Below are positions 27,886-41,712 of a stretch of 64,000 bases of DNA, in pieces. The position numbers were made by a program, and so were the translations under genes. Every line of letters starts with the position of its first letter. The stretch's first letter is position 1. Source of the stretch: Octopus sinensis (Eukaryota); the NCBI RefSeq assembly GCF_006345805.1, contig NC_043003.1, positions 114,452,001-114,516,000 of the forward strand, given 5' to 3'. The notes under the pieces are model-generated. The model made no database searches. It had not been told where the DNA came from and saw nothing but the letters and a program-made list of their open reading frames with translations.

Positions 27886-28233
27886 ACGGAGATGTACTTG
27901 CATAGCAAGTGATTTGATCTGAGATCGTGTGCTGAAACGAAAACAATTGCAGCGTGGAAGGTGTTTGTAAGCCATTTAAGAAACACACGAAAGCCGTTCG
28001 ATTCACTTCAACATTTAAGTTTAATTTGTCAAAATATTTTCGTCGCTATAAGACCGTGACCTGTTCACTGACAAAAATCCGTGCTGGATGCAGCACGGAT
28101 TTTTGTCAGTGAACATGTCGCGGTTTTAGCGACGAAAATATTTTGACAAATTAAACTTAAATGTTGAAGTGAATCGAACGGCTTTCGTGTGTTTCTTAAA
28201 TGGCTTACAAACACCTTCCACGCTGCAATTGTT
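27886..28233. repeat. Long palindrome (145/143-bp arms), probable Penelope-like inverted terminal structure
   Basis: 27942-28086 is the reverse complement of 28091-28233, with only a few differences near 28047-28062; 16-bp direct repeat at 27870-27885 and 28226-28241. Confidence 0.85.
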
Positions 28234-28360
28234 AAAATATTTTGTGTTTTGTAAAATTAAAATCAGTTTACTGTTCATAAACGTAAACAACAACACCTCA
28301 TACGGAACCCCATGGGTCATATGTGCCTGTTTCGAGAACCACTGGCCGATACCTCTCTCA

Positions 28361-28578
28361 TACTCTTACTCTTTTACTTGTTTCAGTCATTTGACTGCGG
28401 CCATGCTGGAGCACCGCCTTTAGTCGAGCAAATCGCCCCCAGGACTTAGTCTTTGTAAGCCTAGTACTTATTCTATCGGTTCTCTTTTGCCGAACCGCTA
28501 AGTTACGGGGACGTAAACACACCAGCATCGGTTGTCAAGCGAGGGTGGGAGGACAAACACAGACACACAAACACACTC

Positions 28579-28609
<31 letters not shown>

Positions 28610-28773
28610 TACGCCTGGCTTCTTTCAGTTTCCGTCTAACAAATCCACTCACGAGGCTTTGGTCGGCCCGAGGCTATAGTAGAAGTCTCTTGCCCAAGGT
28701 GCCACGCAGTGGGACTGAACCCGGAACCATGTGGTTGGTAAGCAAGCTACTTACCACACAGCCACTCCTGCGC
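28361..28773 (-). mobile_element. Head-A SINE, full length
   Basis: Matches the consensus. Confidence 0.9.
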
Positions 28774-29535
28774 GTATAGATAACTCTTTTAAATATATTC
28801 TTTATCTTTTTGCATCTTTCAACTTTAGGGTCTCTGTGACACTTAAACATCTACTGGCAGATTGGTTGAATTAATAACCTTCCAATTCCCACCAGCTTAT
28901 CGCTATATTTTCACGACTCATCTCTCCTATATCATACAAATACTTAAGGATCTGTAACCCCAATCTTTTTTCAACACGTAGCACCTCTTTCTATATGTGT
29001 TGCTATAACTTTAGACGCTAATAAATCTGCCTCTCTTCCTCTATATTCACTTCAATATTACTGTCCTTTCTCATAAAGATTCTTTCCTTCTCCGAGTCTT
29101 AATCCAGTATTTTCCCGAAGGAAGAATAGTTTGCCACAAAAATGTAAACATGCAGAGAACTGCATCGACTGCACAATTCTTCTGGAAACAGCTTTAAAAG
29201 TCATTCAGCACATATTTTAGCTTCGATTATAATTTTTTCCTACCTTATTATATCAATACGATGGACTTAGCTTCTGCATCTTCCTAGAGTCGACCCATTT
29301 ACATCACAGCTGTTAAGAACATCCCCTTGTGGGACTTTTACCCGTCTCCTGCGATTTACACTTCTTGATGCAATCGTTTTGTCCTTATAAGATGTATAAG
29401 TATGTTATAATCTGGTCTGATCCCTGTTCTTTGCTTGTCTATCCCTTCGCTTGATCGATGAATTGCGTTCAGCCAATCTTCTACCCAGCAGCAACCACAT
29501 CCTCAGCTTTCAAGTTGAGTTCAGGCACTCACATG

Positions 29536-29962
29536 CATAAGATCTGGTCATCAAATCTAAGTAGAGACTTCAAACTTGAAATCTTCAAAGCCACAGTCGA
29601 ACCAATTCTACTATATGGCTCAGAAACCTAGACGTTATCAAAGAAGCTTGAGAGGCGGTTGGATGGAACTTACACTCGCCTCCTTATGAGAGCTCAAAAT
29701 CTCTCGTGGAAGCGTCATCCAACAAAGCTAGAAGAGTCCAGTTTACTGGACATTGTTGTAGAGATAAAAACGAGGCAATTTTTACTGTTCTCTTCTGGAA
29801 GCCATCTGCTCGCGATACCAGAGGACGCACATTCTCCTACCCTGATGTAATCTCCAGGGATACAGGCATCCAGCAACAGGACCTCCGCTATGATGGACCA
29901 TGAAGTCTGGCGTAGCATGGTAAATTCCATTGTCTCGACCACGGTCGAACAATGATGATGAT
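29536..29962 (+). mobile_element. RTE-clade LINE 3' fragment with an internal deletion
   Basis: KIWSSNLSRDFKLEIFKATVEPILLYGSET..DGTYTRLLMRAQNLSWKRHPT, followed by a (GAT)n tail; same family as 57769-58297. Confidence 0.85.
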
Positions 29963-30235
29963 TGACCTGAGCACAGGCTCTGTATACCTTGTTATCTTAC
30001 ATTATTCGACATCGTACTAACCGCAATGTATGTGTGTTTATATATGTGTGTATACATATGTATAAATATGTGTGATTGTGTGTGATGTGTGAGTGTGTGT
30101 GTGTGCGTGTAGGGGTGAGGTGGTGGGAGTAAGAGGTGTGGGTGTATAGGTGTGTGTGCGTGTGTGTGTTTGTGTGTGTATACACACCTTTGACAGTCAC
30201 ACTCAATCTCTCATCCTCTCGCCTACTCTATCTGA

Positions 30236-30585
30236 TACACACACACTCAGACAAACACACAAGCACACACACACACACAGAGGCACAAACACACAAGTAC
30301 ACACAGACACACACACGCACACACGCAGAGGCACAAACACACAAGTACACACACACAGAGGCACAAACACACAAGTACACACACACACACACAGGCACAA
30401 ACACACAAGTACACACACACACACAGAGGCACAAACACACAAGTACACACACACACACAGAGGCACAAACACACAAGTACACACACAGAGGCACAAACAC
30501 ACAAGTACACACACACACACAGGCACAAACACACAAGCACACACACACACACAGAGGCACAAACACGCAAGTACACACACACACT
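30236..30585. repeat. Minisatellite, unit about gaggcacaaacacacaagtacacac(ac)n, about 10 copies
   Basis: Direct reading. Confidence 0.9.
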
Positions 30586-31110
30586 GTCTCTTACAGTATC
30601 TTGCATGCATGGCAATTTTCTCATGTGGATGGCACTCAGCCTTCCTTCATATTTCCCTCTTCACACTTCCAGTGCCATCCTGGAACATCAACAGCGCCAC
30701 CAACAACAACAGCAACCACTTTAAGCCCCAGAATTATTCTTTTACTCTACAGAATGATGGAACCGTTTCTCCAAACTGTAGCTCCGATGTCGGGAAACAG
30801 ACAAGAATTAACGCAGGAATTATTAATCAAAAGAATAACATCCCAATCCATCAATCTAACTTGGAATTGACCATCTGACTTGCTGGAAATAGCAACTGCA
30901 TCTCTCCTTCATTGTACCCAACTATTTTCCTTTGAAATACGTGCATTAAATAATGTATTCTTAGATAAACTCTGTCTTAAACTGAACGAAATTGTCTTTA
31001 ATTACAGGTGAAGTCAACCAGAATTGACCTAGCGATATACGGCAGCGACGGCATTAAAAGATATATGTAAACGATCAAATGGCCATGACGCCATCTGGAA
31101 TAAAGATGTA

Positions 31111-31186
<76 letters not shown>

Positions 31187-32022
31187 GGAGAGAGAGAAGC
31201 AGAGCTGATGTACATGTTTCATGTTATTTAAGAGGGGTAGTATGAGTGTTCCGGTCAATTGACTACAGAGGAAGCATCTTCAAAGAGCCTGATGGGGGAC
31301 ATGGCTGACGAACCAAGGAGATAACGTCGACAATGACAAAAACGATGATGATGATGATGATGATAAGGAGCTGTAGCCTATAGGTGATGATGGTGGTGAT
31401 GATGATTATGATGATGATCGAAGCGGATTATGTTGTTTAACCCTGGGTTAACCCTGAATGAGCAAACCTATCAGCAAACACGCTTCATCCATCCTCGTCG
31501 CCTGTTGTCACACATAGTGTATCGAAGACTACATTCTCCAATGCGGCTTTGCTCTTCCTAGAGACATTAGGGTGAGATTTGAAGGACATTTGGTTGCTAT
31601 TTCTAACCGGTTAAGCCAACTCATAAACTCCCTTGTTGCCTCACTGAATGGTTTTAACGATGAGGATAGCGTTGTTGTTGTTGATGATGATGATGACGGT
31701 TTGTAGTGATAGTGATGATGATAGTAGGGCGAGGGTGATGTTGGGGGAGTAATGTTATATACACTAAGATATTTTCTACGCAAAGGAGTAGGTACGGCTA
31801 TGGTGTTAAGAAGGTCACCTCACAAACAAGAATTTTTGTGTTCTGTCCCACTCGACGTACGCTGGGAAAGTGTCTTTTACTAAAATTCCGGGTTTACCAA
31901 TGCTTTGTGATTGTATTTGACTGACGGAAACTGTGTGGAAGCCAGCTTCATGTATGTGTGTATACACCTCGAATTGCTTTTTTAATTCAGGTTTTCTCCA
32001 TAATGCAAAATTCTAAATATCT

Positions 32023-32324
32023 TGTTTGTTCCTTCTCGAGCCATGCCTGGCTCATAAGGGCCGGTTTCCCGGTTTCTTAGCGTATAGGTTCCCCACCTGG
32101 ACGGGACGCCTGTCCGTCGCAGGTGAGCTGCAAGATGCCGGAGGAATGAGTGAGAAAAAGTTGTGGTGAAAGAGTCAGCAGAAGTTTCGCCATTACCTTC
32201 TGCCGGAGCCGCGTGGAGCTTAGTTGTTTCGCTCATAAACACACACATTGGCCGGTCTGAGATTCGAACCCGCGATCCCTCGACCGCGAGTCCGCTGCTC
32301 TAACCACTAGGCCATGTGCTTCCA
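32023..32324 (-). mobile_element. Head-C SINE, tail Y
   Basis: 14-bp TSD aaaattctaaatat at 32007-32020 and 32327-32340; same family as 46101. Confidence 0.9.
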
Positions 32325-32949
32325 CTAAAATTCTAAATATGGTTTTATTCAGTTCTCGTACAATACCCGGACTTTCCTAGATTTTCAATTATCTGTCACT
32401 CGAGCCACAGCTGATCGAAATGAAGACATTTTTCATGTTATGGAAGCCTAATAGCTTCTCAGGAAAATGTGTTTATCATATCAGAAATGAAATGGTTTTC
32501 CTCTGTGTTCGTGGAAATTCAGTGGCTAATGCATTCTGCTGCAGTTTAGTGGCTAATGCACTCTCTTGCATTATTGTGGCTAATGCACTCGACTGCACAT
32601 TTCGGCTCAGTATTATTTTGTAATTTAATTATGTAAATTCAATTTGTAATTTTATTGTGTAAATTAAAGCTTTTTAAATAACGAAAGGGGATTAGCTGAG
32701 AGTAAAGCCAGTTTTATTTCATTTCAACCTATTATTCGACTTAATATTAGATCCTTTATTTGTGCAATTCTTTAATTCCTGAAGTAATTTGAAACAAGAG
32801 TGTCGGGAGGTGAACCAACTACAGATGGAATTAAAACCATTTTGATGGCGAATGAAAACAGGATGGATCTGAGAAAACCCATGCCTCCAAATACTCGAAC
32901 CGCAATAATTTACACACAAGCGCGCGCGCGTGCACATACACACACACAC

Positions 32950-32998
<49 letters not shown>

Positions 32999-33164
32999 AT
33001 ATATAAAGACAGTGTGTTTGTGATTTTGAGTTAATTTAACTCTTATCTTTAGCAAAAGCGTTGCTAGTCAGTACCCTCTGTTGTGTTTGTGACCTCTGTT
33101 AATTTTGCCTTTAATTGCTAATAAGCCACCCTTTTCTATTTGTTTTATATATATATATATATAT

Positions 33165-33452
33165 ATCGCTATCAGTATTGACCAGACTATTATGTTTTGT
33201 TATACCACACTGGTCACAATGAACTTCGCATCGTGTTTTTCGCTTTGGTCTGATGCCACCTTCACTGAGTAGGCAAGATGGGCGATGGTCTCCCCCCCTT
33301 GATCGGAAAAATATTCCATTGCAGGGTTATCCATTTACAGCAAAGTGCAGCGTGAAATTGAGCCTTTTGCTCAAGAACCCCACCAAGCACCTCCCGGTCC
33401 GGGAAACGCATCCAGTATCCATCGAGTGCCACATCCAAACCACTTGGTCATA
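33165..33452 (-). mobile_element. Old SINE with tail Z and a different tRNA-like head
   Basis: Reverse complement of 33165-33260 aligns by eye with the tail of the 47128 copy; A-box-like tgaccaagtggtt at the 5' end. Confidence 0.55.
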
Positions 33453-33497
33453 TAAAACCATGAAACGATAAAGATATTACATTATATCTATAACCAA

Positions 33498-33713
33498 GGC
33501 GGCGATCTGGCAGAAACGTTAGCACCCCGGGCGAAATGCTTAGCGTTATTTCGTCCGTCTTTATGTTCTGAGTTCAAATTCCGCCGAGGTCGACTTTGCC
33601 TTTCATCCTTTCGGGGTCGGTAAATTAGGTACCATACCAGTTGCGTAATGGGGTCGGTCTCATCGACTGGCCCCTCCCCAAAACTTTCGGGCCTTGTGCC
33701 TAGAATAAAAAAG
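33498..33713 (+). mobile_element. Head-B SINE with an alternative tail
   Basis: 13-bp TSD attatatctataa at 33481-33493 and 33714-33726; tail cccctccccaaaactttcgggccttgtgcctag. Confidence 0.85.
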
Positions 33714-36700
33714 ATTATATCTATAATCATCAGAACTTTGGAAATTTGAAACGCTTACCTTTGAAGCTCATCATAACACAAGGGTTACGTTTTTTTCCAG
33801 CAGCGTTTAACGGGGCTTCCTACTCTTGAGCCTTTTATTTAGCATTAGTTATGGTGCAAAACAGGCTTCCTCCAAATTTATTTCAGCATCTGATATCGTG
33901 TTTCCTTAGAACTGTAATGCAAAATCTTGAGCGTAAACTGAATTTTTCAAACTCAAAAGAGACAATCTGTAAGTCTGGGTGGAAATTGCAGGAATAATTG
34001 TATCTTCTAAAGTATTGCACCAAGTGAAAGTAGTAACCTCAGTGATATGTGGTACACGTGGCAGGAAGTCTTTATTCCATTAGCCAAGCACCATTCCATT
34101 GCCGCAGTTAATCTAAATTATGGAACAGTTTTGTTTAGGAATCCTTTTTGAGGGGATGTCAGTGTGATGATAGATGTGCCATGTCTTCTAACAACATTTG
34201 CAATTTGAAGCCTATCGACGCTCCCTTCCTATGCTCTTTCTCTCCACAGCTTTCGGAGTTTTCTTCTGTATCATAGAAACAAAGAGAGTCAAGACTATTG
34301 AAAAGGTTGCAACACGCAACGAAAATTTTAGAAAAGAGAAATAAGAAATAAGTGGACATTTTACCGGTGAGTGTGTTAAAAAATAAGGCACTAAAAGAGA
34401 ATGACTCTCCCCAGATACCACAGAATAGAAACAAATAATCGTTCATAATTTTTTTTTTCTTGAATGCTTAAAAATGTTGCAAGCAGGCTTGTCATACGTA
34501 TGCTAGTCTGGGAGGCATAACAAAGCAGATTACATTGTAGGGTCCCTAGGATGAAGTATGGCTGCTATACCTGTGTATCTTTAATTTGTTAGACTTTGGC
34601 ACTCTCCAGTTTCTAGGAGCTGAAATCAATAACAATAAATAAAAGACTAGAGTCTGTGGTGAGTTTAAGTCCAAGGTAAGCGAAAAATCACTTTATGTTG
34701 CATTATATCTTGTTAAAACTCTGAAGATCTTTTATTAGGTTCAATGAAGTGAAGCTTGGGTTGACCAAATTTTTGATGCTCTTGGACATCTGAGCATGCT
34801 CTTAATGTCGACCGATACTGGATAGTAGAGTTTATTTGCATATTACCACACTGAATCTAAGAGTAACATTTATTAATGATGATAGAAAACAAAATTCCAG
34901 AAAACCATGCATTGAACTGTCAGATTATTATTTTTCACACTGTTTTTGCAATTTGCAGTGATGTTTCTTTGCCCAGATTACTCATGAGGACAACAGCTTC
35001 ATTGTATTCTGTGGAGGCAATCAAAGAATATGCACCATCTCCAAAGAACTTTTTGTTCTCACCAATTAATAACTGAAATTCCATCGTGAGATCAGACTCC
35101 AATGCAAACAGTTCTTTGCAAGAACAATCTCTTTCTATCTTTGATATTGTTTCCTATTCTTCGGTTCCTCTTCTCTGTCGCTCTTTCCATTATATTCACA
35201 TTTCCTTATCTTCTTGCAAACCTTGACTCGTTTTCAAAACTTCGTTCTTTTCTTTTTGGTCGAGCAACAGCAAAGATATTTAAAATTGCATTTTCTCCTT
35301 TGCTTTTTATTTTACAATCGCATTTTTCCTTAATGTGCGACTGGTTAATAAAATGAAGAAACTGCAATTGTTGTGACTAACTGAAAACTAGCTCCAACAA
35401 AATTCAAATTCTCTCTTATATTAAGGATGAATTTTAAAATAATGGTCAGGACAAGGAACAAAGAAGGAGAGCTGTGTGAGAGATATTGGGTTGGTGGCAC
35501 TGACTTAGAAAGTTCAGAGCAAGGAAGGAGATGAGACGAGGATAGGAAGAGGAAGTAAAGACATTAAAACAAAAAGAGAGAGATAAAGAGAAAGAAATAG
35601 AGATAGTGTGCACGTTTGTATGGGTGTGTGTGTGTGTGTTTGTTTTTGTGCGTGTGGGTGGAAGAGCGTCTAGAAGAAGCAAAGTTTCGAATGCAAAGTA
35701 AGAAAAGGTGCAGAATAGCAGAAAATGACAGTGATTCAGCGTTGTGGTGACAGCAAAGTATTTAGCAATAGCAACAAACAAAAGACGTGGGAAAAGTGGA
35801 GGAAATTAGACAAGCACACAAACACACAAACATAAACTTACTCAAATATATTTAACAGATTTTCCTAGACTCCTCTGTAGGAATGATTTCATTCTAACGT
35901 ATTGCAATATCATGTACGTGTGTATGCATGTGCTTATATATACATACACTCACACATGTATACACACGCACACTCACACATACATATACACACACGTACA
36001 CTCACACATACATAAAAGTTTTTCATTAATTGTCTCGATCACGTGTAATTTATTTCACAATCATGATTATTTTCACAAAAGATAAACCGAGTGTTTATTA
36101 TATATTTCCAAGTTTAATTAGCCGATTACAAATTCGTATCAGCTGGCTGTGAGAGTCACTTTATTTTGGTAAAAAGAATTTAATACAATTTTCAATTTTG
36201 TCTACTACTTATTACATTTCCATTTCGATCAATACGAAATTTGATTTAGGTGAATTCTTAAAATGTTATTAGTGATAATAGCTGTATTAATTTCTATGCT
36301 AGTGTCTTTGTGACAGAACAGTTTTCTGTGCTAATATTTCGTGTTTCATTGTAATCATTAGAAATATGTCAACACATTTTCACACAAAAACTAAATAAAT
36401 AAATAAAAGATGTTTAGTTAAAGATAGCGATACATAATTAATTATCTTTCTTGAATAGACTTCTAGATATTCGACTGAGAGGCTTGATTAATTAACTGAT
36501 TAAAACGCTCGAAAACGTAGACGTCAATGTCGAAACATTCACATCTAGGAACGCATGAGTGTAAGTAAGCATATATATATATATATATCAATATGTATAT
36601 ATATATATATTATATATATATATATTATATATATATATATATTATATATATATATATATATTATGTATATATGTATATAAGTACGTACGTATGTGTCTAT

Positions 36701-36804
36701 GCGTGTTAACATATACGTATATACATACATACATGTATTTATGAATATGTGTGTGTATGTACGTATGCAGACAGGTAGGTAGCAAGGCAGGTATATACAA
36801 ACGC

Positions 36805-37140
36805 TATATGGCTCAATAGCTTAGAAGTTCGCTTATCAACCACGAGTTTCTGGTTTCGATCGTATTGCCTGAAACCAAGCCTCACGGAAAAACATATATT
36901 TGGAATGTATTTGGGTGGTTAGAAACTGTACTGAAGCCTCTCGTGTGGTTTGTACCCGGAATTGAAAGGTACAGCCTTCTGTCACGCTGTGTCATGCTGA
37001 TTGTGTCTGAGTAAGTATTGTTTGGTCAAGGATTCATAGCTCTGCGGAGTACTCAGTCACTTACTTATTAATTCAGGGGCAGGTAACTGCGTTGATTGAA
37101 CTGAACGATGCAGCAACAAAATCGATGAGTAGCCAGTTAC
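36805..37140 (+). mobile_element. Degenerate SINE: head-A-like 5' part plus tail X
   Basis: tggctcaatagcttagaagttcgcttatcaaccac..agaaactgtactgaagcc, followed by gtcacgctgtgtcatgctga..ggagtactcagtcacttac. Confidence 0.5.
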
Positions 37141-38044
37141 ACATACACATACACACACACACACGAACACACACAGGCACACACGCACACACACACACAG
37201 AGTAGAATGTTGGCCGTCATATAATTGGTAACTCTGGTAGTATATTTTTGCTACCATAAGTAATAACAGAAAATATGGCGTTCATAAAACTGTTGTAATT
37301 TCATTTTTATCCAATTTGTCTTTTTCTCTGTGGCTCCCTTTTCTTTCCTCTGTTAATCTCCGTTGCTTTTCTTATTCAATTTCTTCCCTTTTGTTTCATG
37401 AAACAATTTATTGAAAACAAGAAGAAAAACACTTTACAAATATACACGAGAGACTTTTCCTTCCACTCAACACTACGATCCAAGTATTGCAAATATGATG
37501 TGCTTATTAACAGAGCATACATCTTTTTGTTAATAATTTAGTAATTCCTTTGCATTGAAAGGAAAAGCAAATTTCAAACGAAGTATAAAACATTTATGGC
37601 TGTTATCTCCTGCAACTACTCTTGTTTAGTTTTCGATATTTACATCCTCTAACAGCATATTGGCTGCTCTTCAATCCTTTGACACTGACCCTCACTCTTA
37701 TTCCTCCTGCTGTTGGCAAGCCATTATAAGAGACGGATCACATTGGAGACAATCACGGATACCGGAATGCCTACGAAATTTTAAAATATGGTGTTTTGTT
37801 CTTTATAAATTATACTATAAAACGGTAAATAAGTCAATTTAATTAGGCATTAGAGTTATTATATAAACTAGACCCATACCAATGGAATCCGCGAATCATT
37901 ATGAAAATCCAAGGTTCTGTACATTAGTAATTTTACACACACATACCTGCATTTGTGAGTGTGTGTGTATGTATGTATATATGTATGTACATAATGTATA
38001 ATTGTTTCTTTCTCTTTCTCTCTCTGTCGCTCTCTCTTCTCCCA

Positions 38045-38087
<43 letters not shown>

Positions 38088-38215
38088 TTTGTGAGTGTGT
38101 GTGTGTATGTATGTATATATGTGTATACATAATGTATAATTCTTTCTCTCTCTTTCTCTCTCTGTCGCTCTCTCTTCTCCATCACACACACACACACGCA
38201 CACACACACCCACAC

Positions 38216-38306
<91 letters not shown>

Positions 38307-38689
38307 TTCAGCAAAATTTAGATTCAAATGAATATGGTACTTAAGCTAGATGCACCAGAATTTTGTATGGTGTTATCCATGGGGTGATTATAATCAAAAT
38401 AAGCAACAAGAATATCTTCGGTAATTTAAAATGTTGATTGCTCAACATTTTAAAACTATTGTAATACTTACAATGTTTAATAAAATGATGTACCGTGAAA
38501 CGATCGTACCAAATTACCGAAGATATTCTTGTTGCTTATTTTGATTATAAATATAAATATATATAAGTATGTTTAAGTAGTTGAATGAATTGTCTCTTCA
38601 ACTCTTGAACTTTTTAGAATCTTCTCCATCCAACCAATTTTGACGTCACTGCTTATAACGGAATATTTTAAAGAAACACTCATTATCAC

Positions 38690-39748
<1,059 letters not shown>

Positions 39749-39771
39749 TTCCATTCGTTACGTGAGAAGGT

Positions 39772-39925
39772 TAGTTCAAATTCCGCCGAGGTCGACTTTG
39801 CCTTTCATCCTTTCGGCGTCGATAAATTAAGTACCAGTTACGTATTGGGGTCGATGTAATCGACTTAATCTGTTTGTTTGTCCTTGTTTGTTCCCTCTAT
39901 GTTTAGCCTCTTGTGGGCAATAAAA
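39772..39925 (+). mobile_element. 5'-truncated head-B SINE
   Basis: gttcaaattccgccgaggtcgactttgcc..ttgtgggcaataaa. Confidence 0.85.
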
Positions 39926-40053
39926 AAAATTGTTATTATCCCCATCGCATGAACGAAATATTACATACACGCGCACACGCTCACACTCACACGCACACAC
40001 GCATGCACACATACATATACACACACACATACATATATACATACGCAAGCATA

Positions 40054-40420
40054 GGTGTGCGTGATTTTGAGGTGAGAAGCTTCCCTCTCAACCACATGTT
40101 TCCGGGATCAGTCCCGCTGCGTGGCAACTTGGGCAACTATTTTCTACAATAGTCTCGGACCGATCATAGCCTTATGAGTGGACTTGGTAGACGGAAACTG
40201 AAAGAAGCCCGTCGTAATGTGTGTGTGTGTTTGTTCCGCAAGATCGCTTGACATCCAGTGTTACTGCATTTACGTCCACATGACTTAGCAATACGGCAAA
40301 ACAAAACCGATGTAATAAGTGCCAGTTTTATATAAAAGTAACTAGTTTAAAGTCATTCGGCCAAAAATTCATGTCGCTGCCCCAGCATGGCCGTTGTCTA
40401 ATGGCTTGAACAAGTAAAAG
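40054..40420 (+). mobile_element. Head-A SINE, diverged
   Basis: Head, core and tail all recognisable. Confidence 0.75.
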
Positions 40421-40745
40421 TTAAATAACAACAGCTACTTCAATCTCATCTCCCGCCTCTTATATATCATCTTGATTTTTACAATGTTTCTTACTCGTAA
40501 AAGACCACCATCTTATACATCTTCCTTCTGTTGCATAACCAAAAAGCTATTTACAAATATCATTCTGTGACGTTTATGTATATTTGGACCTTCTGCTCTC
40601 GCTTACCTCTGTCCCTTTCCTTTAGCATTCTGTCTTTTATCGTCCACGTTCTCCTCCCGACTCATCCTTTACACCGTTCGGTCAACAGACTTCGTCTTTT
40701 TATGTTTACTTGTCTTTATCTACTCTGTTTCCTACCACCACCACA

Positions 40746-41094
40746 CACAGGTTTTCTTGGTTATTCAGTCGCTTATACGACAAACAGATTACGTTGCTGA
40801 CACAACCCGCTGTACGGCGGCACTATGGGAACGTGTTTCTGCCTATAGTGCCGCGCGATTAGTGACACTTGCAGCCAACACAGGGAAACACTTGAAGACA
40901 GTCCTATACATAAAGTATGTCACAGGTTTTCTTGGTTATTCAGTCGCTTATACGACGAACAGATTATGTTGCTGACACAACCCGCTGTACAGCGGCACTA
41001 TGGGCAAGTGCTTCTGCCTATAGTGCCGCGCGATTAGTGACACTTGCAGCCGACCAGGGAAACTCTTGAAGACCGTCCTATACATAAAGTATGT
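40746..41094. repeat. Tandem direct duplication of a 175-bp non-microsatellite unit
   Basis: 40746-40920 versus 40921-41094, more than 90% identical by eye. Confidence 0.9.
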
Positions 41095-41304
41095 GAATAT
41101 GTACGCTTGTATATGTCAAGCCGAGGGTACGGGAAATTACGCAACTCGTAGTCATATCTGTGGTGACACAATGCCGTGACTCAAAATTAGCCCCCTTTTT
41201 CTCTTGAATTTCAGAAACTGCTTCACTGAAAAGCCATATCCTCTTCGTTCTCATATTCTCATCGAAAATGCAATTTCGCTTCTTAATATTCTTATACACT
41301 TTTT

Positions 41305-41712
41305 TACTCTTTTACTCTTTTACTTGCTTCAGTCATTTGACTGTGGCCATGCTGGAGCACCGCCTTTAGTCGAGCAAATCGACCCCAGGACATATTCTTT
41401 GGAAGCCTAGTACTTATTCTATCGGACTCTTTTGCCGAACAGCTAAGTTACGGGAACGTAAACACACCAGCATCGGTTGTCAAGCAATGCTGGGGGGACA
41501 AACACAGACACACAAACATATACACGCACATACATATATGTATACATATATACGACGGGCTTCTTTCAGTTTCCATCTACCAAATCCACTCACAAGGCTT
41601 TGGTCTGCCCGAGGCTATAGTAGAAGACACTTGCCCAAGGTGCCACGCAGTGGGACTGAACCCGAAACCACGTGGTTGGTAAGCAAGCTACTTACCACAC
41701 AACCACTCCTGT
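41305..41712 (-). mobile_element. Head-A SINE, full length
   Basis: Matches the consensus. Confidence 0.9.

Noticed and set aside
30594-30878. Plus-strand open frame after a ctcttacag acceptor (YLACMAIFSCGW..LELTI*)
   Set aside because: No recognisable domain; unsupported by other plus-strand exons.
34250-34366. Plus-strand exon-like segment with strong splice sites
   Set aside because: Stops in all frames, and it lies inside the block with minus-strand relic coding signal.
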